A stretch of DNA of 64,000 bases from a virus. The stretch covers positions 1-64,000 of the IMG/VR virus record IMGVR_UViG_3300028590_000009; one strand, written 5' to 3'. The translations under genes and the position numbers were made by a program. Below, in pieces: positions 38,384 to 47,284 of this stretch. Positions within the stretch are counted from its first letter, which is position 1. Each line of letters begins with the position of its first letter. Under the pieces are notes generated by a model, which saw nothing but the letters and a program-made list of their open reading frames with translations, did no database searches and had not been told where the DNA came from.

Positions 38384-39252
38384 GCACCCCCACCACGTCC
38401 CAGGCCATCGCCAAACAGGACAACACGCCCGGCGCGATGATCAAGACCTACCAATCCGACTTCTCCCAGGTCATGCCGCAACACATCCGCCCCGACACCT
38501 GGATCCGCATCGCGCAAGGCGCATTGAAGAAAGGGCGCAAACAGGGCGGACGCTACGAACTGGAGATCGCGGCGGCGAACAACCCCGGAGTCTTCCTCGC
38601 CACCCTGCTCGATGCCGCACGACTCGGTCTCGAACCAGGCACCTCGGAATACTATCTGACCGCCCGAAAGGTCAAAGGGCAGCTCGAAATCCTCGGCATC
38701 CCCGGCTATCTCGGACTCGTCAAACTCATCTACAACGCGGGCGCCGTCTCCTCCGTCGTCGCCGAATGCGTGTACTCCAACGACCTGTTCTCCTACCATC
38801 CCGGCCGCGACGACATCCCCAACCATGAGATCGACTGGGACGCCGAAGACCGCGGCAACCTGCGCCTCGTCTACGCCTACGCGCGCATGAAAGACGGCGC
38901 CATCTCCAAAGTGGTGGTGCTGTCCAAGCACGACATCAAACGGATCAAGGAATCGTCGCAGGGCGCGCACTCGGAGTACTCGCCGTGGCAGAAACATGAG
39001 GCCGCCATGTGGCTCAAATCGGCGGTGCGGCAGCTCGCCAAATGGGTGCCCACCTCGACCGAGATCCGCAACGACGCGAAACAGGTCGAGTCCGCGCGCG
39101 CTGACGCCCCGGACACGTTCACGGCGCCCGCCTTGGATGCTGTCGATCCGGTCATCGAAGGCGAACTCGTCGACGACGGCGTATCCGATGCGCCCGACGC
39201 CTACTACGCCGAGACCGACGGCGGCATGTTCCCGCCCGAGGACCAGCAGTGA
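38380..39252 (+). CDS. recT: RecT single-strand annealing protein
   Basis: AARLGLEPG..YYL, GYLGLVKL, VYAYARMKDG, SPW..H.AAMWLKSAVR.L.KW.P.S. Confidence 0.92.
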   Translation: MSTPTTSQAIAKQDNTPGAMIKTYQSDFSQVMPQHIRPDTWIRIAQGALKKGRKQGGRYELEIAAANNPGVFLATLLDAARLGLEPGTSEYYLTARKVKGQLEILGIPGYLGLVKLIYNAGAVSSVVAECVYSNDLFSYHPGRDDIPNHEIDWDAEDRGNLRLVYAYARMKDGAISKVVVLSKHDIKRIKESSQGAHSEYSPWQKHEAAMWLKSAVRQLAKWVPTSTEIRNDAKQVESARADAPDTFTAPALDAVDPVIEGELVDDGVSDAPDAYYAETDGGMFPPEDQQ

Positions 39253-39470
39253 AGTCGGTCGACCTGGACCCGCAATCCACGCCTTTCGAGGCGTGGATTG
39301 TGTTCCCCCAGGCTGGCGAACACGAGGGCGAAGGCGGCGACTGCTATGCGGTTTCTTATTTCGACAACGAACTCGAAGCCCTCCGATGTGCGAATCGCCG
39401 CGACGGATTCCGCGCGGTTCTCATCAAATCGGGTCAAACCATCCTCGAAGCAGTGGAGAAGCAGACGTGA
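39249..39470 (+). CDS. small hypothetical protein
   Basis: Coupled on both sides. Confidence 0.6.
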   Translation: MKSVDLDPQSTPFEAWIVFPQAGEHEGEGGDCYAVSYFDNELEALRCANRRDGFRAVLIKSGQTILEAVEKQT

Positions 39471-40159
39471 CCAGTTGGACCGATCAGCCGCTCGCAGCGT
39501 TCGACCTCGAAACCTCGGGCGTGGACATCTTCTCGGACCGCATCGTCACCGCGTGCGTCGTCCGCATCGATGGTGGTGAGGTTCAGCCGCGCAACTGGAT
39601 CGCGGACCCCGGTATCCCGATCCCTGCCGAAGCGACGGCAGTGCACGGAATCAGCACCGAGTACGCGCAGAAACATGGGCGCCCGCACTCGGATGTGGTG
39701 TCGGAAGTAGTGGCCGAACTGTATGCCTGCTGGAACGAAGGTCGCGGAATCGCCGTGTTTAACGGCTGTTTCGACTTCTCCATGTTGGCGACCCATGTCC
39801 CCGATTTCGATGCGCGTGGCCTGATCGTCGACGCGCATGTGCTGGACAAACAGGTCGATCGCTACCGCAAAGGCTCCCGCAAGTTGTCCGCGGTCATGAT
39901 CCAGTACGGGATGCGCCTGGACGACGCGCATGATGCCGAAGCTGATGCACTCGCCGCGGCTCGTCTGGCATGGAAACTGCCGCGCGTCTATCCCGCCCTC
40001 GCCGCGCTCACTACATCAGAACTGATGCAGTCCCAAGCCGCCTGGTACCGCGAACAAGCCGAGTCCTTCCGCGACTATCTGCGCCGCCAAGGCAAACCAC
40101 ACGACGACGTCTCAACCGACTGGCCCATCCGCAGGGCGAGCGAAAGTGAAGCAGCATGA
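39467..40159 (+). CDS. DnaQ-like DEDDh 3'-5' exonuclease
   Basis: FDLETSG, VHGI, FNGCFD, HDAEADA. Confidence 0.92.
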   Translation: MTSWTDQPLAAFDLETSGVDIFSDRIVTACVVRIDGGEVQPRNWIADPGIPIPAEATAVHGISTEYAQKHGRPHSDVVSEVVAELYACWNEGRGIAVFNGCFDFSMLATHVPDFDARGLIVDAHVLDKQVDRYRKGSRKLSAVMIQYGMRLDDAHDAEADALAAARLAWKLPRVYPALAALTTSELMQSQAAWYREQAESFRDYLRRQGKPHDDVSTDWPIRRASESEAA

Positions 40160-40878
40160 CCACCTCGAAAAGTTGGCTCGCCCAAATGTACGAAGACGCG
40201 GGCTACCACAACGCCGACGCCACCCGAGCGCACCTCAAAACGTTCACCGACGCCGGCATCAACCTCAACCAAGTCGCCCGCGCCGCAAACGTCCCCTCCG
40301 CGATCGTCTACCGCATCGCCCGCGGCTACAGCAAAGTCCTTCGCCCCGACTGGGCCGCGATCCTCGCCGACCTCACCATCGAACAAGTCCGCGAACACAA
40401 GCGAGACGCCACACCGATCACTGTCAACTGGAACGCCCGCCGCTTCGAACAAACCGGCTACCACGACGCCGCAACCACCCGCGCCATCCTCAACACCCTC
40501 GCCGACGGCGGATGCACCATGTACCGGCTGTCCAAAATCACGGGCATCCACGACACCTGGCTCGGCGACATCAAACGCGGCAAAGCGAAATACGTGCACC
40601 CCGACGACGCCAAAACCATCGCCGCAATCGACGTCGAAGACCTCCTCGACCTCATCGCAGGCGAAAACTATGTCGACCCCGTGATGCTCGAACGCATCAT
40701 CCGCGGACAGCATCGCGGCAAGATCAGCACCGCCGAACGGAAAGCGGTCCTCAACTACGCGGTCGAACACAACTGGACCCGAACCGATTTGGCGCCCATC
40801 CTCGGCGTCAGTAGGGCGACCGCTGATCGGGCACTCGTCCGCAGACGGGCCAAGCTTCGCGAACGGGTCGCGGCATGA
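40156..40878 (+). CDS. multi-HTH DNA-binding protein with internal duplication
   Basis: GYHNADATRAHL and GYHDAATTRAIL repeats, plus C-terminal LAPILGVS HTH. Confidence 0.7.
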   Translation: MTTSKSWLAQMYEDAGYHNADATRAHLKTFTDAGINLNQVARAANVPSAIVYRIARGYSKVLRPDWAAILADLTIEQVREHKRDATPITVNWNARRFEQTGYHDAATTRAILNTLADGGCTMYRLSKITGIHDTWLGDIKRGKAKYVHPDDAKTIAAIDVEDLLDLIAGENYVDPVMLERIIRGQHRGKISTAERKAVLNYAVEHNWTRTDLAPILGVSRATADRALVRRRAKLRERVAA

Positions 40879-41606
40879 CCGGGCTCACGCACCGCACAAA
40901 GCAGACCAAACTCTACAAATGGCGCAAAGCCAACGGCATTCAAGTGTTCACCGACGCCGCCCCGGTCCGCGCCCACATCCTCGAACTGCGCGCCGTCAAC
41001 GTCACCGACTCGATGATCGCCCACGCCTCCGAATGCGACCCGCAATACATCGCCTACATCGCGGACGGCACAACCCAGAAGATGCGGCCCGACATCGCGC
41101 GCCGCATCCTCGACGTCAGCCACATCCCCGACCCGCGGCAACACTTCGTACTCGCCATCGGCTTCGTGCGACGCATGCGCGGACTCACCGCCCTCGGATG
41201 GCCGTCCATGCTGATCGCCGAACGGCTCGGCGTGCACGGCAAAGACAAACTCAACAACATGGTCAGACAGACCGCGATCGGATACCAACGCTGGGCGGCC
41301 ATGCGTGACCTGTACGACGAACTCTCAGGCACGCCAGGCCCCAGCCGTCGCAGTGTCGCAGTCGGTCGACGGTTCCAATACATGCCGCCGCTCGCCTGGG
41401 AAGGCATCGACATCGACGATCCGCGAGCCCAACCCGACTGGGCGGCAGCTGGAGTCAAGCTCACCGACCGACCCATGTGCCCGAACAACCACCTGTACAC
41501 CGCGGACAACATCTATCGCGACAACCGTGGCAACCGTTCATGCAAGACCTGCCGGCGCAACGCGAACAGGCGCCGACGCCAGCGCGTTGCTAAGGGTGTG
41601 AACTAG
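40875..41606 (+). CDS. HTH protein with C-terminal Zn-finger
   Basis: DAAPVRAHI, RRMRGL.ALGW, PLAWE..DIDDP.A.P, CPNNH...CKTC. Confidence 0.7.
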   Translation: MTGLTHRTKQTKLYKWRKANGIQVFTDAAPVRAHILELRAVNVTDSMIAHASECDPQYIAYIADGTTQKMRPDIARRILDVSHIPDPRQHFVLAIGFVRRMRGLTALGWPSMLIAERLGVHGKDKLNNMVRQTAIGYQRWAAMRDLYDELSGTPGPSRRSVAVGRRFQYMPPLAWEGIDIDDPRAQPDWAAAGVKLTDRPMCPNNHLYTADNIYRDNRGNRSCKTCRRNANRRRRQRVAKGVN

Positions 41607-41692
41607 AGTGTATGGTGTGAACATAACGCGATGATCAAGCCCCTGGGCGGCGCGACATCGGAAGGTGCTCGACCAAATCGAGCGTAACGCAA

Positions 41693-41730
41693 TTCGGGCC
41701 GCCCCCTCGACCAAAAAGGGGCGGCCCGAA
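41693..41730. terminator. GC-rich hairpin
   Basis: TTCGGGCCGCCCC/GGGGCGGCCCGAA 13-bp stem. Confidence 0.55.
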
Positions 41731-41812
41731 CAAGCTTTGCACGCATTGGAGTGCGTGCGGCCAAGCAGTCAAATCGATTGCTGGCATGCGGCCCACCAGG
41801 AGGGGCCACCGT

Positions 41813-42931
41813 ATGAGTGTAACACGCAGACTGCGTTTCGAAATACTTCGGCGAGACGAGAATACGTGCCGATACTGCGGGGCCAAAGCGCCCGACGTAA
41901 AGCTCAACGTCGACCACGTGATCCCAGTCGCGCTCGGCGGTAGCGATGATCCGTCGAACTTGGTGACCGCTTGCGTCGATTGCAACGGCGGCAAGACCTC
42001 TATCGCGCCCGATAGTGCTGTTGTCGCGGACGTTTCGGCTGACGCTCTCCGCTGGAAAGATGCGTTGAAGCAGGCCGCAGCGGAGCGGGCAGCCGAATAT
42101 GCAGGCAATCGCGCCGTACACGATCAGTTCCAAGACCTCTGGAATGCGTGGACCTTCGACGGTCGAACAGTTCCGCTGCCATCAGATTTCGGCAGCTCGG
42201 TCAACACGTTTCTTGCGGCGGGTCTCACGTTCGCGGATCTCGAAGAACTGATCGACGTCACGATGGCGATGAAGACCGTCAAAACGGCTACGCACAAGTG
42301 GAAGTACTTCTGCGGCTGCTGCTGGAAGCTCATCAAACAGTCGCAGGAGCGGGCTCAGGAAATTGCCTCACACCAAGGAGCCGAACAAAAGGAACGTCAA
42401 CAGGCCGAGCAGGAACGGCACTGGCAGCAGGAACAGGGAAATTGCTGGCTAGATTCTGACTTGCGGCAACAAGAAGAGGCCCACTCAGACGAAATGGAGT
42501 GGGAATCTTGGCAGTCCGCTCGTCGGAGCGATGAATCGGCGCAGCCCGACGACGCGGTGAGCATAGGCCAGATATTCGACCAGCTATTCAGCCGACCCAC
42601 GACCGGGCCGCTCGTGGACCCCTTTGGCGCCTGGTCCGAATCGAACGTCCGAAAGCTCCTGCATTATGTGACCTCGCATGACGGTAGCGGGCATGACGAC
42701 GCCACGGTCGCTCAATGGGGCGAAGAGGCGAACCGCGAATGGGTGACAGATTCGGGTCTGTCGATGATCGGAGACGTTTTCACCACGGTCGGCACCTTCT
42801 TCTCCCAGCAAGAACATGGGCTCCGTCCCAATGAGGCAATCAGCCCGCAGGCCATCACTCAAATGATCGACTCCTATCGGCGCCCCGCCGCGGGGGAGCG
42901 TCACCTTAAGGCGGTTCCCGATGCCTCGTGA
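41813..42931 (+). CDS. HNH endonuclease with long C-terminal extension
   Basis: RRLRFEILRRD..CRYCG, DHVIP...GG.D...NL..AC..CN.GK. Confidence 0.85.
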   Translation: MSVTRRLRFEILRRDENTCRYCGAKAPDVKLNVDHVIPVALGGSDDPSNLVTACVDCNGGKTSIAPDSAVVADVSADALRWKDALKQAAAERAAEYAGNRAVHDQFQDLWNAWTFDGRTVPLPSDFGSSVNTFLAAGLTFADLEELIDVTMAMKTVKTATHKWKYFCGCCWKLIKQSQERAQEIASHQGAEQKERQQAEQERHWQQEQGNCWLDSDLRQQEEAHSDEMEWESWQSARRSDESAQPDDAVSIGQIFDQLFSRPTTGPLVDPFGAWSESNVRKLLHYVTSHDGSGHDDATVAQWGEEANREWVTDSGLSMIGDVFTTVGTFFSQQEHGLRPNEAISPQAITQMIDSYRRPAAGERHLKAVPDAS

Positions 42932-43955
42932 CCACGGGCGGATCCTCGTCACCATCTGGGACGACCCAGACTTCGTTGACCTCACCCCAGAAGCTCAGCG
43001 CCTCTACATGCTCCTGCTTTCGCAGCGCGGCATCAACAACGCCGGAATGCTTCCCACTCAGATCGGGAAGTGGGCCAAGCGGAGCAGGCACACCACCGTC
43101 GCCGACATCGAAGCGGCGTTGGAGGAACTGATCGACACCCGCTTCGTCCTGTGCGACGGAGACACCGAAGAGACGTTGGTTCGGTCCTTCGTGCGCAATG
43201 ACGGCATCACCAAGAACGCCAACGTGTTCAAGAATGCCCTCGCCTGCGCAGAGGCCATCGAAAGCCCCTTTCTCCGCGCTGCCCTCGCCGATGAATTGAG
43301 GCGCCTCGGGCGTGGAGACGCGACCGAGGTTGCCGACCGGATGAGCCCTGTCGGCACGGCCGAAAACGAACGAACAGGAACGCCGTTCGAACGCCGTTCC
43401 GACGCCGTTCCGACGCCCGCGGGGAAGGGGAAGGGGAAGGGGTTATCTCACCTACTCGATAACTCTAGTTTTTCTGATGACGCGCGCGAGCGACGCCAGC
43501 CCAAGCGAAAGCCCGCCGCGCCCGCAGACCCGCTCGACAAACCCGGCCCCATCGTCCCCATCGACGGTCGCAAACTGGTTCGCTCCGTCATTCCCGACAC
43601 CGAACCCAGCGCCGTTCGAACCGAACTCGCCCTCCAGGCCGCGGCGATGCTCCGTCAGCAGCCACCCATCCCCTCCGAGGACATCCGCGCGGGACTCGAA
43701 CTCTGGCTGACCAAACCCGACCTCGGACCCCGCACCCTGCCTTCGCTCGTCTCCACCATCCAGCGGGGACGCAACCGCTCAAATGCCGCGCCAGTCGCGG
43801 CACCCCGTGAAGCCGCATCGGATCGCAAACGGCGCGAGCAACACGCCGTCTTCGAACAGTTGCGCGCGGAGGCCATCGCCCAACAGCGCGGCGCCCTCCA
43901 GTCGCCTCTCGTGCAAATCATCGACGCCGACCCTGAATGGAGCGCCAGCGCATGA
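42921..43955 (+). CDS. replication initiator (RepA/lambda O-like)
   Basis: IWDDPDF..L...AQRLYMLLLSQ, ETLVRSFVRND; internal iterons and GKGKGKG linker. Confidence 0.8.
   Translation: MPRDHGRILVTIWDDPDFVDLTPEAQRLYMLLLSQRGINNAGMLPTQIGKWAKRSRHTTVADIEAALEELIDTRFVLCDGDTEETLVRSFVRNDGITKNANVFKNALACAEAIESPFLRAALADELRRLGRGDATEVADRMSPVGTAENERTGTPFERRSDAVPTPAGKGKGKGLSHLLDNSSFSDDARERRQPKRKPAAPADPLDKPGPIVPIDGRKLVRSVIPDTEPSAVRTELALQAAAMLRQQPPIPSEDIRAGLELWLTKPDLGPRTLPSLVSTIQRGRNRSNAAPVAAPREAASDRKRREQHAVFEQLRAEAIAQQRGALQSPLVQIIDADPEWSASA
43374..43490 (+). other. putative origin of replication inside rep
   Basis: Three tandem 11-bp units RACGCCGTTCS plus a partial fourth, GGGGAA repeats, then an AT-rich tract; lambda-O-like layout. 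Confidence 0.65.
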
Positions 43956-45802
43956 CCGCGCCCGACACCTACTACCTCGACGCCGCCAAAGCCGTCCTCG
44001 ACAATCTCCAAGAACACGACCTGTGGTTCCCGCAAGTCGGCGCCGCCGCCTCCACCGCCTGGGCCACCCACTTCGAAGCATCCACCCTGTCCAGTGAAGA
44101 ACTCCTCGACGGCGTCAACCACGCCCGCGCCACCCATATCAAAACCGCCGCCACCCGCGCCGAACAACGCGGTGAAACCGTCGAGCAATTCCGACCCACC
44201 CCCGACATCATTATCCGACACGCACACGCCGCCCGACGCGAAGTACTCGCGAACCTGCCCGACGCCCGCGTCAAAGAAATGGAACTCGCCAACCACGTCT
44301 TCCAAGACATGGGATTCCCGCCCCAGCAGGCACACCGCCTGTCCCGAGACATCGCGCTCGCCGTCGCGCTCGGCCGCAAACCGCGCGCCGACCTCACCGA
44401 CGAACAGCTCGACGAATTCCAAACCCGGTTCAAGCGACAGAAGCTGTCCGCCGCCGAATTCGTGGATCGACGCCGCGAACTCGCCCAAATGCTGCGTGTC
44501 GGTGACCTGTTCGCCCTCGAAGCCCGCCGTGGTGACGCCGCATGAACCGCGCCGAAATCACCCGCCTGCTCGAACTGGTCCAGCAGTACGACCAGCGCGA
44601 GGTCACCGCAGACCACATCACCAGCTGGCTTCGTCTCCTCGGCAATCTGTCGTTCAAGGTCGCCGAGGAGGCCGTGCACATCCATCACAAGACCAACGCG
44701 TTCGCTATCGACGCCGCGGTCGTGCTGGAGATCGCCGCACAGATCGAGGCCCGCACGGTGAGCGCGGCCCAACCGGTGCGTCGAGCCCGGATGGGTGCCT
44801 ACAACGTGACCGGCGCCCTCAACTACGCCTGCGAACGCTGCAAGGCCGAAGTGGGGCAGACGTGCACGAACAAGGACGGGGAAGAGACCGCGTCGCCGTG
44901 TGTGACGCGGTTGGTGGGTCGGCCGATCAATGAGGCCAAGCCGCCGAAGCATCGGCAAGCGGCGTGAGTGCGATGCCGCCTGCTTGTGGTGCGCCGCTGC
45001 TCGTCGCCGTCGTTGAGGCGTACGCCCGGAACTGGCCGCATTTGAAGCCGCCGATGTTTCGTGCCGCGGATGTTCTGCCGTTGCTGCATGGCGATGACCG
45101 CGAGTATGGCGCCGCTGTCCTGCTGCTCGATAGCGGGCGGGTCCACTATCTGGAAGGGGAGCAACCCGAATGAGCATCCACCTGTTGCGCAACGACGACG
45201 TGACTCTCGAAGAGATCGACCTGTTGGCGGGGTTTGTCGACACGTTGGCCGGTTCGGAGCTGCGGACGGCGTTGCTGTTCATGGCCGAGCAGTTGTGGGC
45301 GGGTGAGGATCTGGTGCTGACCGTGTCCGATCCTGGCGCAAACTACCAGCTCAGGGCATGAATCTGAAGTGGCATATGCCACTTGTGACGCAGTTTTGCA
45401 CAACTGTCTTAATTCCGGCCGGTAGAGCGATTGGACCCCCGAAACAGGCAATGTCCCGTTCTCGCACCGCCGATCGCTTCTACCCGCACCCACTTCATCA
45501 AGAACGAGGTTTCCAAGATGACTGCTCGACTGACGCAAGCTGAAATCAGCGGCGGCTGGTGGAACGTGAACTGCTGCGACGGCAAGTTCTCCGGTTCGAT
45601 GACAGCGCATTGCACCGCCTGCTGCCAAACGTTTTCGCGGCCGACAGTCGCGGACAAGCATCGGCGGTATGGCAAGTGTGTCGACCCTGCGAGCCATCGC
45701 GACGTGAACGGCGCTCTCGTGTTCAAGGATGCCGGCCGCGCTTACCCGTGCTGGTCGGGCGCCGGCGATGAGACCGCGGCGTGGGTCGGGGCGCGGACGT
45801 GA
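43952..45802 (+). CDS. replication-associated and hypothetical genes
   Basis: 43952-44545; 44542-44967 (helicase-loader-like N-terminus with CxxC); 44964-45173; 45170-45361; 45518-45802 (HCTACCQTFS..DKHR Zn-finger). Confidence 0.6.
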
Positions 45803-47226
45803 GGATCGGGTCACTTTTCAGCGGGGCGGGCGGACTCGACCTGGCTGCACTCGACCTGTTCCCCGGCTCGTCGATGGCGTGGCATTCGGAGATCGAACCT
45901 GCGGCGTGCAAGGTGCTCGCGCATCACTGGCCCGAGGTGCTGAACCTGGGTGATGTGAGCCGGATCGATTGGTCGACAGTCGAACCCGTCGATGTGCTCA
46001 CAGGCGGTTTCCCTTGCCAGGATCTCTCGCTCGCCGGTCAACGTCGCGGCATGGCTGAAGGCACCCGGTCGGGTCTGTGGTCGCACATGTTCGAAGCCGT
46101 TCGCATGCTGCGTCCGAAGTTCGTGTTGATCGAAAACGTTCGCGGGCTGCTGTCCGCGCAAGCAAGGAGGGGTGATGTCGGAGCCGTATGCGAGGTGGAA
46201 TCCGGAAGCGGGAGTGTGGGAGCAGGGGGAGACGGATCTCTTCGGGCGCTCGGCGCTGTACTCGGCGACCTTTCGTCAATCGGGTTCGATGCGTGCTGGG
46301 TGCTTGTACGAGCTTCCGATGTCGGCGCCTGCCATCAGCGAGCCCGCGTCTTCGTCCTTGCGTACCCTGCCGACTCCGCGGGCGAGTGCGACGCGTACGA
46401 GTCGATCGGCCGCGCTGGCGAAGGGGAGCCGGTCGGCACCCTCGTTGGAGCAGGCGACGGAGTTGATGCGAGGGGAGCTACCGAGGGAGTTCGACGGCTG
46501 GGCGGAGTTGCCTCCGTCGTGGCAGGTGGCGTAGCGAAGTTGCTGCCGACGCCGCAGGTGGCGGATGTGACAGGCGGGCACCGGACCAGGTCCGGTGCTC
46601 GCTCGAACGAACTGCTGTTGCCCGGTGTCGCGGAGGCATACACCGCTGGCGCGCTGCTCCCCACTCCCCGCGCATCGGACGGCACGAACGGTGGCCCGAA
46701 CCAGCGCGGCAGCAAGGGGGATCTGATGCTTCCGTCTGCGGTCGTGCAGTTGTTGCCGACACCGACGGCGTCGGAGGGCGAGCGGGGCGACTGTCCGGCC
46801 GAGCGAGCCCGGCGCACACCCGGCCTGATCTCGATCGATCACTACTTGCCGAGATCGAATGATTCGAATGATTCGTGGCGCTGGGGCCGGTTCGCGCCGG
46901 CTATTCACCGCCAAGAGCGACTGTCCAGGCCAGCGCCGCCCCCTACCGTACCTACCGAGGCGTGGCGCCGAATGGTCAAGCGTCGTCAGCAGTCCGGGTA
47001 TCCGAAGCCTGTCGGTATGCGCGGCTCGCTGGCGGTTCGCGTCCAGTTGAACCCGGCATTCGCGGAATGGCTCATGTTCTGGCCTGCGGGCTGGGTGACG
47101 GCTTCGGCGATCGGGTTGAAGCGCGCCGAGCAGCTGAAATGCATTGGCAACGGCGTGGTTCCGGTCCAGGCGGTGGCGGCGTTCCGGTTCCTGTTGTCTG
47201 CGGCGTCGAAGGCTGTCGCAGCGTGA
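45799..47226 (+). CDS. DNA (cytosine-5) methyltransferase
   Basis: Motifs I SLFSGAGG, IV GFPCQD, VI ENV, VIII HQRARVF, IX LNPAFAEWLM, X GNGVVP; three LLPTP repeats. Confidence 0.93.
   Translation: MRIGSLFSGAGGLDLAALDLFPGSSMAWHSEIEPAACKVLAHHWPEVLNLGDVSRIDWSTVEPVDVLTGGFPCQDLSLAGQRRGMAEGTRSGLWSHMFEAVRMLRPKFVLIENVRGLLSAQARRGDVGAVCEVESGSGSVGAGGDGSLRALGAVLGDLSSIGFDACWVLVRASDVGACHQRARVFVLAYPADSAGECDAYESIGRAGEGEPVGTLVGAGDGVDARGATEGVRRLGGVASVVAGGVAKLLPTPQVADVTGGHRTRSGARSNELLLPGVAEAYTAGALLPTPRASDGTNGGPNQRGSKGDLMLPSAVVQLLPTPTASEGERGDCPAERARRTPGLISIDHYLPRSNDSNDSWRWGRFAPAIHRQERLSRPAPPPTVPTEAWRRMVKRRQQSGYPKPVGMRGSLAVRVQLNPAFAEWLMFWPAGWVTASAIGLKRAEQLKCIGNGVVPVQAVAAFRFLLSAASKAVAA
46175..46534 (+). CDS. nested alternative-frame ORF within the methyltransferase gene
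   Basis: SD AAGGAGG at 46164; 119 aa with DLFG..YSATF..SGSMR.G..Y.LP and an LPTP repeat. Confidence 0.65.
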   Translation: MSEPYARWNPEAGVWEQGETDLFGRSALYSATFRQSGSMRAGCLYELPMSAPAISEPASSSLRTLPTPRASATRTSRSAALAKGSRSAPSLEQATELMRGELPREFDGWAELPPSWQVA

Positions 47227-47284
47227 CCTACATCGCTATTCAACTATGCGCATCCAACGATGTGATGCGCGGATCGGAGGAGTC

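Noticed and set aside
43379-43415. GAAC/GTTC repeats as LexA SOS boxes
   Set aside because: Spacing is GAAC-N3-GTTC rather than N4, and the units are tandem 11-mers, better explained as iterons.
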